A stretch of DNA of 64,000 nt from a virus, in the IMG/VR virus record IMGVR_UViG_3300027804_000039, positions 96,001 to 160,000 of that record. One strand, 5' to 3'. Under the pieces are notes generated by a model. The model made no database searches. It was not told where the DNA came from and saw only the letters and a program-made list of their open reading frames with translations. Shown here one piece after another: positions 10,547 to 19,564 of the stretch. A program made the translations under genes and the position numbers. The first letter of the stretch is position 1; each line of letters opens with the position of its first letter.

Positions 10547-10930
10547 TTAGAATCTCCCTTGTACTGTATGAGCAATCATATCAGCCTGTTGAATTAATAT
10601 CTTCTTTTTGATTTCACAGTATGTAGGACTTACTGGTCCTTTGGCTGTGCGATCTACCATTTCTTTTACAGAGTCTTGCATTTTACCCACTGGCACAATT
10701 ACATCGCGTGTTGGTTTGCTTTTTGCATATATGTCAAACCATTCAATCTTTTGTGATAGGTCTTTTGACTGTTGTGCAATGTCGCCTTTACAATCAAAGT
10801 TACGAGTTGTTTGTTGTATTGATGTTATTGACTGGCTTTGGTTTGCATCCCAGCGAACTGGAATCCAATCTTTGATTGTGCTACAACCAGTTAAACTAAA
10901 AACTGCAAGAATTACTAATAGTTTCTTCAT
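10547..10930 (-). CDS. lipoprotein
   Basis: Signal peptide II with lipobox MKKLLVILAVFSLTGC. Confidence 0.75.
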   Translation of the reverse strand: MKKLLVILAVFSLTGCSTIKDWIPVRWDANQSQSITSIQQTTRNFDCKGDIAQQSKDLSQKIEWFDIYAKSKPTRDVIVPVGKMQDSVKEMVDRTAKGPVSPTYCEIKKKILIQQADMIAHTVQGRF

Positions 10931-12165
10931 TTCTTTTTTGCCCTCCCGGCTTTCATGTTAGCTAACCAATGTGCTAATTGTCCTTTGCGGCCGCCTTGCT
11001 TGGCAGTCTTGCGTAAACTGCTTACGCTGGCTTTGGTATTGATACCGTGACGTTTAGCATCTCCTTTGTCTTGTGGATTACGGCCATCTGCAAAGTTTTC
11101 TTTTAGATGTAAAAATGTATCAGCAAACTCTTTACACATATCTCTTATGGAACTATTTTCAGTTTCCATAATATTAAAATCTCTGTGTTCTTCTTCTTGT
11201 GTTGGATCCATATAACCTGCATAAACTTTCTTAACACCATGCTGGTTAATTAGTTCTGTACAGTCTTCACCATAACGTTCGTCCATGTGTTCGCTACATG
11301 GACTGCAAGTGGTAATAATAATACTGCCTGCTGGAATGTCTCCGTACTGTTCTACATATCTGTCAATGGCTACACGTTCTGCGTGTCTACGTTTGCCGTT
11401 GGGTGCTGGAAGATTAATACCTTGTACAAGATTGTTGTCGTTATCCAATACTGCGGCTGCTACCATTCCATATTTGTCAGCATCTTTCTTTTGCCCTTTT
11501 ATTACTAAATCTGCAAGTTCAGAAAGAATGTTGTCTAACTTTTCATAATTATGTATTTCGTAGTCGTCTTGGTTTTCAATAACTTGTGTACTGCCGGTTG
11601 GTCCAACATATAAAGCACGGAAATCAACTTGTGGGTATTCTTTTTTAAGATCTTTAAAGACTTTTAAGTTGCTCATTGAATCATCGTACAAACGAACATG
11701 CCCGTACTGTCTTGTGTTTAAGTATTTGCGAACCCATACAGCTTTTTTATAAGCAGGAGCTTCGTTGCCTGGCAAGTTACCAGCACGATGTACATGGACA
11801 CGACTCATGTCAATGCCTAGGTCTTGGAATGTTTGCAGAAACGTTTCTTTGTCATCAAAGTCTGCACGAGCAGTAAGCATGATAACTTTAGCATTACCCG
11901 CATGACTTAGTATGGTTTTTAGTTTTCGTATCATTGGAGCAATTGGTTTGCTTTCTTGACGAAACTTTTCAGCATTTCTAAATTCACCAAAGTCAAATTC
12001 TTCGCCAGGAGCAAGTTTATAGTTATTAAACTCTTGATTAGTTAGTGTTCTAACTACTTGTCCATTTTGCACAACTTTAATTTTTGCAGTCGTATGCAAC
12101 AACGTATCATCTATATCAAAGATGATTAAGTCTCTGTTACCAGGTGTAAATTCATTTGCTCTCAT
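10927..12165 (-). CDS. HAD-family hydrolase fused to zinc-dependent deaminase domain
   Basis: FDIDDTL and LYDDS (HAD); RHAE and CSPC (deaminase); likely start MRANEF at 12165. Confidence 0.75.
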   Translation of the reverse strand: MRANEFTPGNRDLIIFDIDDTLLHTTAKIKVVQNGQVVRTLTNQEFNNYKLAPGEEFDFGEFRNAEKFRQESKPIAPMIRKLKTILSHAGNAKVIMLTARADFDDKETFLQTFQDLGIDMSRVHVHRAGNLPGNEAPAYKKAVWVRKYLNTRQYGHVRLYDDSMSNLKVFKDLKKEYPQVDFRALYVGPTGSTQVIENQDDYEIHNYEKLDNILSELADLVIKGQKKDADKYGMVAAAVLDNDNNLVQGINLPAPNGKRRHAERVAIDRYVEQYGDIPAGSIIITTCSPCSEHMDERYGEDCTELINQHGVKKVYAGYMDPTQEEEHRDFNIMETENSSIRDMCKEFADTFLHLKENFADGRNPQDKGDAKRHGINTKASVSSLRKTAKQGGRKGQLAHWLANMKAGRAKKK

Positions 12166-12322
12166 TTGGTGTCTCTGGTGGGCAACAGAATCTAGGATCG
12201 CACCAATCGCTATAGTCTTGGCCAGCATAGCCGCCATAAGCAAGACTCATGCTGATACTGTACATAACAAGTCCTGCTACAAAATTTTTAGTGAGGGCTG
12301 TAAGGGTTTCTTGGACGGTCAT
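12152..12322 (-). CDS. 56 aa membrane or secreted peptide with Cys-rich tail
   Basis: Hand-translated MTVQETLTALTKNFVAGLVMYSISMSLAYGG...WCDPRFCCPPE; GGAGG RBS. Confidence 0.55.
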   Translation of the reverse strand: MTVQETLTALTKNFVAGLVMYSISMSLAYGGYAGQDYSDWCDPRFCCPPETPNESK

Positions 12323-12365
12323 AGCCATCATCCTCCGGGTAAACTGGATAATCGTTTGGGTTCAT
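12288..12365 (-). CDS. 25 aa peptide
   Basis: Hand-translated MNPNDYPVYPEDDGYDRPRNPYSPH; start overlaps thermonuclease stop. Confidence 0.4.
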   Translation of the reverse strand: MNPNDYPVYPEDDGYDRPRNPYSPH

Positions 12366-12811
12366 TACTGGCACCAGCTTTGTTTTGCATCGCCGTAATA
12401 TTCGCGAGCAAAGCCGTTGGCAATTAGTGCTGCACGTAAACTCTGTCCGTTAACTAAAATGTCCCCAAGAACACGACCACCAAACTTGTCCCATCCGTAG
12501 AGTGTAGCTTGAAATTTACCGCCACTGGCTGCGGCTTGGGCGATTGCATTTTTAGTAAAAGCAGATGCGGCTTCTCCTCGTTGTGCTTCGCTAGGGCATT
12601 GTGCTCTGTGCCCTTTTTCTGGTGTGTCAACTCCGTAGACTCTAACAGCAAGTTCTGGCTTAAGAGGTGGTGGTAAAAAGGGAGCGGCGATAACAACTGT
12701 ATCGCCATCGCTCACTCTTAGTATTTGTGCGTCATATGTAACGCCTTTGGGTGCTTTTTGTGCTAATGCTAGTGTTGGAACTAGCAATAAAAGTGTTAGA
12801 AACTTTTTCAT
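12365..12811 (-). CDS. secreted thermonuclease (SNase-like)
   Basis: Signal peptide; VSDGDT, VRVYGVDTPE, DKFGGRVLG motifs. Confidence 0.85.
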   Translation of the reverse strand: MKKFLTLLLLVPTLALAQKAPKGVTYDAQILRVSDGDTVVIAAPFLPPPLKPELAVRVYGVDTPEKGHRAQCPSEAQRGEAASAFTKNAIAQAAASGGKFQATLYGWDKFGGRVLGDILVNGQSLRAALIANGFAREYYGDAKQSWCQ

Positions 12812-12867
12812 TATGAAATCCTATATTAACAGCTAATATTTATCGTTGTGTTTGAATATCATTTGAT

Positions 12868-12894
12868 AAAAAAGCCCACTGTAAAAGTGGGCTT
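12868..12894 (-). terminator. intrinsic terminator
   Basis: AAGCCCAC/GTGGGCTT stem plus T run on minus strand. Confidence 0.75.
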
Positions 12895-12916
12895 GGTATC
12901 GGATTAATAACTGCTA

Positions 12917-13366
12917 TTAACCGTCTGTGTCGCTGTCGCCGATCTGACCAATCAACAAGAGTATTTCTGCACCGCCTAGGGCAGTACGTACTGCATCTCG
13001 TAGTATAGTAATAGTACTGCCTTCGTTGAGGAAAGTAGTACCCGCATCGTAAGGGATACTTGAATCTCTACACATTATAGTTAAACGATTGCTGTCACTG
13101 GTACAGCCTACTTCATAGACTTCGCAGTACTGTTGCACTGCCTGTACTGCTAGGAATACATCGCTGTTCTGTGACTGGAAGTCACTGGTAATGCTGTAGT
13201 TGTCTGCGTTAGTGCTGTCGTTAGGTGCCCATGCAGTATTACCGCTAGGTAATGTTTCCCCGTTGGTATTTAAAATTATGGGCGTAATTTTGGGTGTTCC
13301 TAGTTCACTACTAGGAATAACTCTCCTAGTGTTTTGACCTAGGTCTGAATTGTATAAATCTGGCAT
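12917..13366 (-). CDS. probable virion structural protein, paralog of 2479-2880
   Basis: PSSELGT and AVQQYCEVY; AGGAGAG RBS. Confidence 0.65.
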   Translation of the reverse strand: MPDLYNSDLGQNTRRVIPSSELGTPKITPIILNTNGETLPSGNTAWAPNDSTNADNYSITSDFQSQNSDVFLAVQAVQQYCEVYEVGCTSDSNRLTIMCRDSSIPYDAGTTFLNEGSTITILRDAVRTALGGAEILLLIGQIGDSDTDG

Positions 13367-13409
13367 AATACTCTCCTATATGCATATTTGTAAAGTATTT
13401 AGCCGTATT

Positions 13410-13844
13410 TTAAATATAATTGTTGAACCAGCCTATCTTACGACCTTCTTCAATGCGTCGATCATGTTCGGCAACAGAGGAAGGATAACGCCAAGCCCAA
13501 ATGGCAACAAGGGCCATAAAAATACCAGTATATACCAATCCACGGGTAGGAACTCCTGTAAAATACATTATCAAAAGACTGGTACTCATCATGGCCAACA
13601 TGAAGTATTTCATCTTTTGTGGGAATACTCGCTTCTCGCCCCAATTGGTAAGAAACGGGCCAAATAGTTTATGATTGTACAGCCAGGCATGCATACGGGG
13701 ACTGCCTTTGGCAAAGCAATATGCTGCAAATACCACAAAGGGACTATAGGGTATGCCGGGTGTTACCACACCGACATACGCTAGACCTAGGCTACAAAAG
13801 CCTAGGATTTTCCAAAACCACTGTTTTAAATATATTGTAACCAT
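13410..13844 (-). CDS. ybaN: YbaN/DUF454 inner-membrane protein
   Basis: GVVTPGIPYSPFVVFAAYCFAKGSPRMHAWLYNHKLFGP signature. Confidence 0.8.
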   Translation of the reverse strand: MVTIYLKQWFWKILGFCSLGLAYVGVVTPGIPYSPFVVFAAYCFAKGSPRMHAWLYNHKLFGPFLTNWGEKRVFPQKMKYFMLAMMSTSLLIMYFTGVPTRGLVYTGIFMALVAIWAWRYPSSVAEHDRRIEEGRKIGWFNNYI

Positions 13845-14338
13845 TCATCGAACCTCACGTTGAAGCCTTGCTTCTTACGCTTATTTACAAGTTCGAAGTA
13901 CTCTGGCTTGTAAGGTTTGATTTTAGGTTTGTGGGTATGGGTCTTATCAGCTTTATCAGCATTACATGGACCGCAGGCCGTTACACAGTTTTCCCAAACA
14001 GTCTTACCACCTTTTGAGATTGGATGTACGTGGTCCAGAGTAGAATCTTTACGCTCTACTTCGATACCACAGTACTGGCATGCGCCGCCATCTCGTAGGT
14101 ATACATTACCGCGGCTAAAACGAACGGCATGTTTTGGTTTCATATAATCTCTTAGCATGATAACGCTAGGAACTTGGGTTTCCCAACGGGCAGATCTCAC
14201 GATCCAATTCTCATGCCAAGACAGTACATTGGCCTTATCTAAGACCATGTAACGGATTGCTTCCTGCCAATTGATAGTGCTCAAAGGCAAGTAGCTAACT
14301 GGTTGTCCATCAGCGTTCAAGACTAGAGTGTCTGACAT
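13826..14338 (-). CDS. HNH endonuclease
   Basis: CQYC, TLDHVHP.SKGG...WEN.VTACGPCN. Confidence 0.85.
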   Translation of the reverse strand: MSDTLVLNADGQPVSYLPLSTINWQEAIRYMVLDKANVLSWHENWIVRSARWETQVPSVIMLRDYMKPKHAVRFSRGNVYLRDGGACQYCGIEVERKDSTLDHVHPISKGGKTVWENCVTACGPCNADKADKTHTHKPKIKPYKPEYFELVNKRKKQGFNVRFDEWLQYI

Positions 14339-14383
14339 GTTATTTCCTTTTCAGATGTGTTACAGACCCATCCTAAGAGCTTA

Positions 14384-14412
14384 ATTATAAGCTCATATTG
14401 TACTTATGTCAA
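14384..14412 (-). promoter_or_regulatory. sigma70 promoter for HNH gene
   Basis: TTGACA-17-TATAAT on minus strand. Confidence 0.8.
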
Positions 14413-14417
14413 CTGGT

Positions 14418-14966
14418 TTAAGCGAATAGATTTTGGGCAAATTCTAGTCCAGAACGATCAAGGGCTTTGCACCATTGATCCTTTTCGTCCGAACCAAAAA
14501 CCATTTCTTCGTCTGCACTGGCAATGCACCAACTGTGTTGTTCATTCCAGGGCGGAGTTCCTTTGATTTCTGCTGCTAATTGTCCGGGTGCCCAACCGGA
14601 TAATCCTAAAAACATTCTCCACTGCTCAGGAGCATCTCCCATGGCCAATCTTGGAAGAATATCGTCTGCGGAACTTAAACAAAACGTGTCGTCTATTTGT
14701 AAAGTGTTTTTACTAATCCAATCGTTTGTGTGTAATAAGCACAAACTCTTAGTGTTGACAGGTCCGCCTACATAAACAAAACCTGGTACATCAATAGCGA
14801 AGCCTAGTTGGTCTGCAAACTCAACTACGCTTAGATTACTTCTTCTGTTCAGTACTAGACCAACACTACCTTTATTATGATGTTCAGTTATCATGATAAC
14901 TGCTTTGTGCCAGAAGTTTCCCTTTAATGCAGGGGGTGCAATTAAAATGTTGCCGGTTAAGTTCAT
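14418..14966 (-). CDS. yqgE: YqgE/AlgH family protein
   Basis: GSVGLVLNR, YVGGPV, FLGLSGWAPGQL motifs; start MNLTG at 14966. Confidence 0.85.
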   Translation of the reverse strand: MNLTGNILIAPPALKGNFWHKAVIMITEHHNKGSVGLVLNRRSNLSVVEFADQLGFAIDVPGFVYVGGPVNTKSLCLLHTNDWISKNTLQIDDTFCLSSADDILPRLAMGDAPEQWRMFLGLSGWAPGQLAAEIKGTPPWNEQHSWCIASADEEMVFGSDEKDQWCKALDRSGLEFAQNLFA

Positions 14967-14979
14967 GAAATATTTATTT

Positions 14980-15666
14980 TTACTTGCTATAGAGGTGAGC
15001 TTCTTTGGCACGTTGTCTTGCTTTGTTCTCTGCATCTCTTGGACGTTCAAAATGTTTACAGAACCAGTAAGTTGCTTCTTCTGGTGAATTAAATTTCATA
15101 GCTGCGAATGCAGGACCTTTTCCTATTGAAGACGATAGTGCAAAGTCTATCTGTCCCTTCCAGTTGGTTTGCCACTTGCCTGGCCCACCACAAGCTTCTA
15201 CCATTGAACTAAAAAATCCTTTGCCGCTAAAGGTTGCATCATGAAACATAAACAACCCGCCACTAGGACCTTGACTGGCATCACTGTGTACCCAACGCCC
15301 TGGTTGCCAACCACTTTCCCATTTGCAGTTTACTACCATAGCAACAGCATGATTAAAACTTAATTTGCTTGCGATGTAAGAACGCATCTCTCGCCAATCA
15401 ATCTTATCTTTAGAGCTAGGACCGTATTGTTTCATTTGTGCAGGTGTTGCTCCAACAGGTGTATATCCGTTTGAAACAGTTGACGATGACTTGTTTATCG
15501 TAGCATCACCTGGTTTGTTTGTTGGCTTGTTTGTTGGCTCACTGTTTGTTTTATCGTCTGATGTTGGAAGTTTTGGAAGGCCAAGCGATGCCAGGCCGCC
15601 TTTGTCAGTACCAATCAACATTTTTACGAATGTATCAAAGTTTTCGTTAAACTCGTTAAATCTCAT
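14980..15666 (-). CDS. phage tail lysozyme-like muramidase domain protein
   Basis: N...ESG, GGLF, QIDF, FCKHFERP pattern. Confidence 0.65.
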   Translation of the reverse strand: MRFNEFNENFDTFVKMLIGTDKGGLASLGLPKLPTSDDKTNSEPTNKPTNKPGDATINKSSSTVSNGYTPVGATPAQMKQYGPSSKDKIDWREMRSYIASKLSFNHAVAMVVNCKWESGWQPGRWVHSDASQGPSGGLFMFHDATFSGKGFFSSMVEACGGPGKWQTNWKGQIDFALSSSIGKGPAFAAMKFNSPEEATYWFCKHFERPRDAENKARQRAKEAHLYSK

Positions 15667-15669
15667 AAT

Positions 15670-16218
15670 TTATCCAACATTTTTCATAGGGTCAACGGGT
15701 TTACCCGCAATATACTTTGACCAGTGTAAGTGTGGACCTGTGCTGTATCCTGTGTTGCCACTTAGACCAACTACTTGTCCTTTCTTAACTTTTTCTCCAG
15801 GCTTTACTTTAACTTGACTTAGGTGCATTAACTTGTGTTGAGCGTTGCTAGAATTGATAGCAACCATGATGCCTGCATCACCACCCCAACCTGCTTGCCA
15901 CACAACTCCATCGTCTGGAGCAACGACAGGAGTCCCGATAGGAACAGCAAAGTCTGTACCGTAATGCATGCCACTAGCTCTTCTACCAAAGCCACTGCTT
16001 ATAGGACCTTTAACTGGTAATCCACTTTTTATATCTGTTCTAATTTGCGGTGTAGTTTTACTGTCAGGATTAAACGGATTATTATCAAACTCAGTAGACT
16101 GAGGTTGTGTTGGTTTATCTACAGGTGCAAACGCACCAAAGCCAACTTTTCCATTTCCAATCAAGGCCTGAACAAAGCTGTCGTAATTTTCTGCAATTGA
16201 AAATTCTTTAAAGCGCAT
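15670..16218 (-). CDS. M23 family peptidase
   Basis: HYGTD, HL and STGPHLH zinc motifs. Confidence 0.9.
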   Translation of the reverse strand: MRFKEFSIAENYDSFVQALIGNGKVGFGAFAPVDKPTQPQSTEFDNNPFNPDSKTTPQIRTDIKSGLPVKGPISSGFGRRASGMHYGTDFAVPIGTPVVAPDDGVVWQAGWGGDAGIMVAINSSNAQHKLMHLSQVKVKPGEKVKKGQVVGLSGNTGYSTGPHLHWSKYIAGKPVDPMKNVG

Positions 16219-17060
16219 TATTGTCCCTTGCGTGTTCCGTAGTCTGGAAGTGGACCACCGTACTTACGTCCCTTAATACGCTTGCCGCCAACTTTAATTC
16301 GAACCTTTCTCTCACCCGCTGTAATCAAATGACTCTTCTCACCGTCACGAGCACGTAGTCCCTGGCTCTTACACGATGCCAAGTTACTTGCTCCTAAATC
16401 CTCGTCTGGTGTTGAACTTTTGCAAAGTTGTCGACTGGCCTTTTCTAAAACTGTTTCCATTTCGGCAATATCCATCATCTTGCCTTTGTGCTTTGTATCG
16501 CCTTGCTTGGCAGCTTTCTTTTTATCTTTGTGTGCGCCTGCACCTGTATTGATAGCATTCTTAGCTACAAAGTTACGTGGCTTAGGTGCTTCTTGTTTTT
16601 GTGTTTTGCTTTCTTCTACACTTTCATTTGGCACACAGTTACGCACGGTCTTACCATTCTTGCCCTTCTTAGTGCCGGCAGCATGATATCCAGACCAGCA
16701 CTTGGTAAAACCGTTACTGTCCTTCTGGCCTTTCTTGATTTCGTCTAACTGCTGTTCTAACTGTTGAATATCCTCTTCACAGTTCCAACGGCGTAGTGCT
16801 TTTGCTTTAGGAGTTGGGCGGCCTTTTTCGTCCTTCATAGGGCCTTTATTGCCTGACATACGAGCACAGAAGCTCTTGCGGCGTTTGGCGGCTTTACTAC
16901 CTTTCTTCAGCTTACTTGGTTTAGTAGTAACCGCTGTTTGTAGTTTACTGCCAGGGTTTTCGCGACGGTATGCATTTACAGCTTTTTGGCTTAGTCCGTC
17001 TGTTTTATCTTTTTTGTTGACCTTGTTCCAGTCTTCGTTTAGGATATCTTTTGCTCTCAT
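16218..17060 (-). CDS. basic modular protein, possible head-internal protein
   Basis: Lys-rich modules RRKSFCARM, KCWSGY...RNCVP, NLASCKSQG. Confidence 0.65.
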   Translation of the reverse strand: MRAKDILNEDWNKVNKKDKTDGLSQKAVNAYRRENPGSKLQTAVTTKPSKLKKGSKAAKRRKSFCARMSGNKGPMKDEKGRPTPKAKALRRWNCEEDIQQLEQQLDEIKKGQKDSNGFTKCWSGYHAAGTKKGKNGKTVRNCVPNESVEESKTQKQEAPKPRNFVAKNAINTGAGAHKDKKKAAKQGDTKHKGKMMDIAEMETVLEKASRQLCKSSTPDEDLGASNLASCKSQGLRARDGEKSHLITAGERKVRIKVGGKRIKGRKYGGPLPDYGTRKGQ

Positions 17061-17093
17061 AGTACTGCCCAGTTAATACTATATTTATTAGTA

Positions 17094-17912
17094 TTACTGA
17101 GCAAGGTACTCAAATACATTGAGCCATTTACGTTTGCCTATGGTAGCTTTTAAATTAGTCAAATCTGCTTTAGTTTTGTGTCTAAAGCGGTTTTTCTCTT
17201 CGTCTGGGACGGGTACGAACTCAATAGGTACACCTTCTTGTTCTGCTATCTCTTCAGCAATATCTAAGAAGCTGTGGGCAAGGCCGCTACCAACATTCCA
17301 TATTCCAGACCCATTAACTTGTTTAATGAAGTCAATGTGTAGACGGCAAATATCACCAGCGTAAGTCCAATCACGGTAAACATGTTCTGCGTTCTCCCAT
17401 ACGGTTATCTTACCTTCTTTGCGAGCTTGTGTGCGCCACTTGTGTATAGCATTTGCTCTACGTCCTCTGAGATGCATCCAGCGTCCGTAGGCGTTAAAAT
17501 AACGGAACCCTTGCACCATTATAGTAAATTTTTGTTGAAACACCCAACGATCAAATAGATACTTGCTCCAAGCATAAGGAGTCTGTGGATGACAAGCAGC
17601 ATGTTCACTAAAGTTGTTGGTGTCTCCGTAGACTGAGCTTGAACTTGCGTATTGTAAATGTGTTCCATGATGATTGCACTCGTTGAACAACCACTGACTA
17701 AACTCGTAGTTCTGTTTCATAACTAGATCTACATCTGTTTCAGTCATGTCAGCAATAGCACCTAGGTGTATTACCCATTGGTACTTAGAAACGTCTGGCA
17801 AGTCGTTAGGATCGTATTCCCATCCTTCGACTTGCCATCCTTCCTCTTGGTTAAGCCACGTAGTCATGTTCCTGCCCAGGAACCCTTCGTGACCAGTTAC
17901 TAGGACTTTCAT
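17094..17912 (-). CDS. rfaD: ADP-L-glycero-D-manno-heptose 6-epimerase-like SDR
   Basis: TGHEGFLG, HLGA, YASSSSVYG, YAWSK, FRYFNAYG. Confidence 0.75.
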   Translation of the reverse strand: MKVLVTGHEGFLGRNMTTWLNQEEGWQVEGWEYDPNDLPDVSKYQWVIHLGAIADMTETDVDLVMKQNYEFSQWLFNECNHHGTHLQYASSSSVYGDTNNFSEHAACHPQTPYAWSKYLFDRWVFQQKFTIMVQGFRYFNAYGRWMHLRGRRANAIHKWRTQARKEGKITVWENAEHVYRDWTYAGDICRLHIDFIKQVNGSGIWNVGSGLAHSFLDIAEEIAEQEGVPIEFVPVPDEEKNRFRHKTKADLTNLKATIGKRKWLNVFEYLAQ

Positions 17913-17920
17913 GTAACTAT

Positions 17921-18340
17921 TTACTTCCGATAGTCCTCATTAATGATAGTTTTCTTAGCATGACAAACAAAGCACAAACTGCGGACGTTTTCTTTAGAAT
18001 CGTCTCCACCGTCTGCTTGCCTGTGTTGGTGATCTCCATGCATAAGAACCCGGGCTACTCTGCGTTTCACCATTTCGTCTTCAATATCTGCTAGACGAGG
18101 ATCTTCTAACGCATTGTAACCGCACTCGTCACATACCCAGTTCCTATGGAATGTATGCGGACGATCAATTCGACCCATGCCTCCATATTCACGTTGCATG
18201 ATTTGGTGCTCTCTACATAGCACATCGCTACCAGGACCCTCAAATTGACTGACGGGCTCTCCGCAGACTTTACAGACTTTGCCTAAGTCGCGTTTCATTT
18301 GAGCAGGATTTTTAACTACATCGAATTTATAGTCTCTCAT
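17921..18340 (-). CDS. HNH-like zinc-binding nuclease
   Basis: Several CxxC pairs; GDH...ADGG...NVRSLCFVCH. Confidence 0.65.
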   Translation of the reverse strand: MRDYKFDVVKNPAQMKRDLGKVCKVCGEPVSQFEGPGSDVLCREHQIMQREYGGMGRIDRPHTFHRNWVCDECGYNALEDPRLADIEDEMVKRRVARVLMHGDHQHRQADGGDDSKENVRSLCFVCHAKKTIINEDYRK

Positions 18341-18343
18341 AGT

Positions 18344-19501
18344 TTACTCCAAATCCGAAGCCATTGGTCTATAAGGGCTATTGCTATCTGATGTAGGAAC
18401 AGCTTTAGTCATACTCTTCTTGAGTTGTGCAACCATGTAAGGGAAACCATGCACTGGCTCTTTCTTAAACTTGCCTGGATAGACAGAACTAGAAAAGTTG
18501 TTATGCCAGTTATGATATGCTCGACTTGCTTTAATCCAGAATGTGCCGTTAGGATCAAACTCGCATTTCCAATGCTTATTAATTGTGTTATACAATTCTT
18601 TCACATAAGCATCGTCGATTTGAACATTGCACAGACGAGCACGTTCAAAGAAGTGTGCCATCATCACAAGTTCTTTTTCCTCTACAGGACGTTGTAGTTG
18701 TGTTGCCAACATCAGATACTTTGACAACCACTTAACGCTTTCTGGCATGAGCTTGTTAATTTCATTCAAACGACTAATTGCACCTGGTTCTTCATGGTCG
18801 TTGAACTTTTTAGCAGTGACGAACAAGCCGTATTGTTCTATGTAGCGTTGCTTTTCTTCTGTGGCAATCCATGCAGGATTCTTTGCGCCATCGATGCGTA
18901 CACCAAAAATCATTTGTTGCCACAAGTCAATGGCCTCGAGCATCTTTTTGCCTTCTTTACTGTTAAGACTAATAAAGTTAGCTCGCATTTCGGCTTTAAG
19001 GTTACTATGGTATAGGTTTACCGGAACGTAAATCTTATCAAAGTCTTCTTCAAATAATTGGGTAGCAATGAGCCAAAGTAATACTATAGTATGCTGCCCG
19101 TCCCAAGCTAGATATTCTTCTTTTTGGGCGTCTGGACGATACACTTGAATTGGCACAACCATAGTGCTGGCAAATTGATTAAGAAGTTTTAGTACCCAAA
19201 AAATATCCAATTGACGTTGCATTGTACCGTCAATCTTAATACAACTCATAATGACCATTTTGGCTTCTGCCAAATTCAAGTCTTTCCAAGTTTTATAATG
19301 GGGATTGCGTCGACGGAATTCTGCTTTTGCTTGTTCAAGCAAATTGTCGACAATTTCTTTGTTATACGCTGACAGGTCTTTGTATGTTTCGTCCCATCGT
19401 TGTTTGATAGAACGAACATGACTCTTAGTGCTAGAGTATTGTGCGTTTTTAATTGCGGCGGCAGTCTTCACAGCCGTATTGAGGGTTTGTAAATTCATCA
19501 T
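18344..19501 (-). CDS. hypothetical protein with possible ParB-like N-terminal domain
   Basis: IDGTMQR and WDGQHT motifs. Confidence 0.5.
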   Translation of the reverse strand: MMNLQTLNTAVKTAAAIKNAQYSSTKSHVRSIKQRWDETYKDLSAYNKEIVDNLLEQAKAEFRRRNPHYKTWKDLNLAEAKMVIMSCIKIDGTMQRQLDIFWVLKLLNQFASTMVVPIQVYRPDAQKEEYLAWDGQHTIVLLWLIATQLFEEDFDKIYVPVNLYHSNLKAEMRANFISLNSKEGKKMLEAIDLWQQMIFGVRIDGAKNPAWIATEEKQRYIEQYGLFVTAKKFNDHEEPGAISRLNEINKLMPESVKWLSKYLMLATQLQRPVEEKELVMMAHFFERARLCNVQIDDAYVKELYNTINKHWKCEFDPNGTFWIKASRAYHNWHNNFSSSVYPGKFKKEPVHGFPYMVAQLKKSMTKAVPTSDSNSPYRPMASDLE

Positions 19502-19564
19502 TATATGTCCTTTCTAAACGGTTTGATGATTAATCCGTTCGACGCATTGTCGTCCGGTATGCTA

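Noticed and set aside
10547-10930. Lipoprotein as an o-spanin
   Set aside because: No adjacent i-spanin with an N-terminal TM segment and not Pro-rich; left as a generic lipoprotein.
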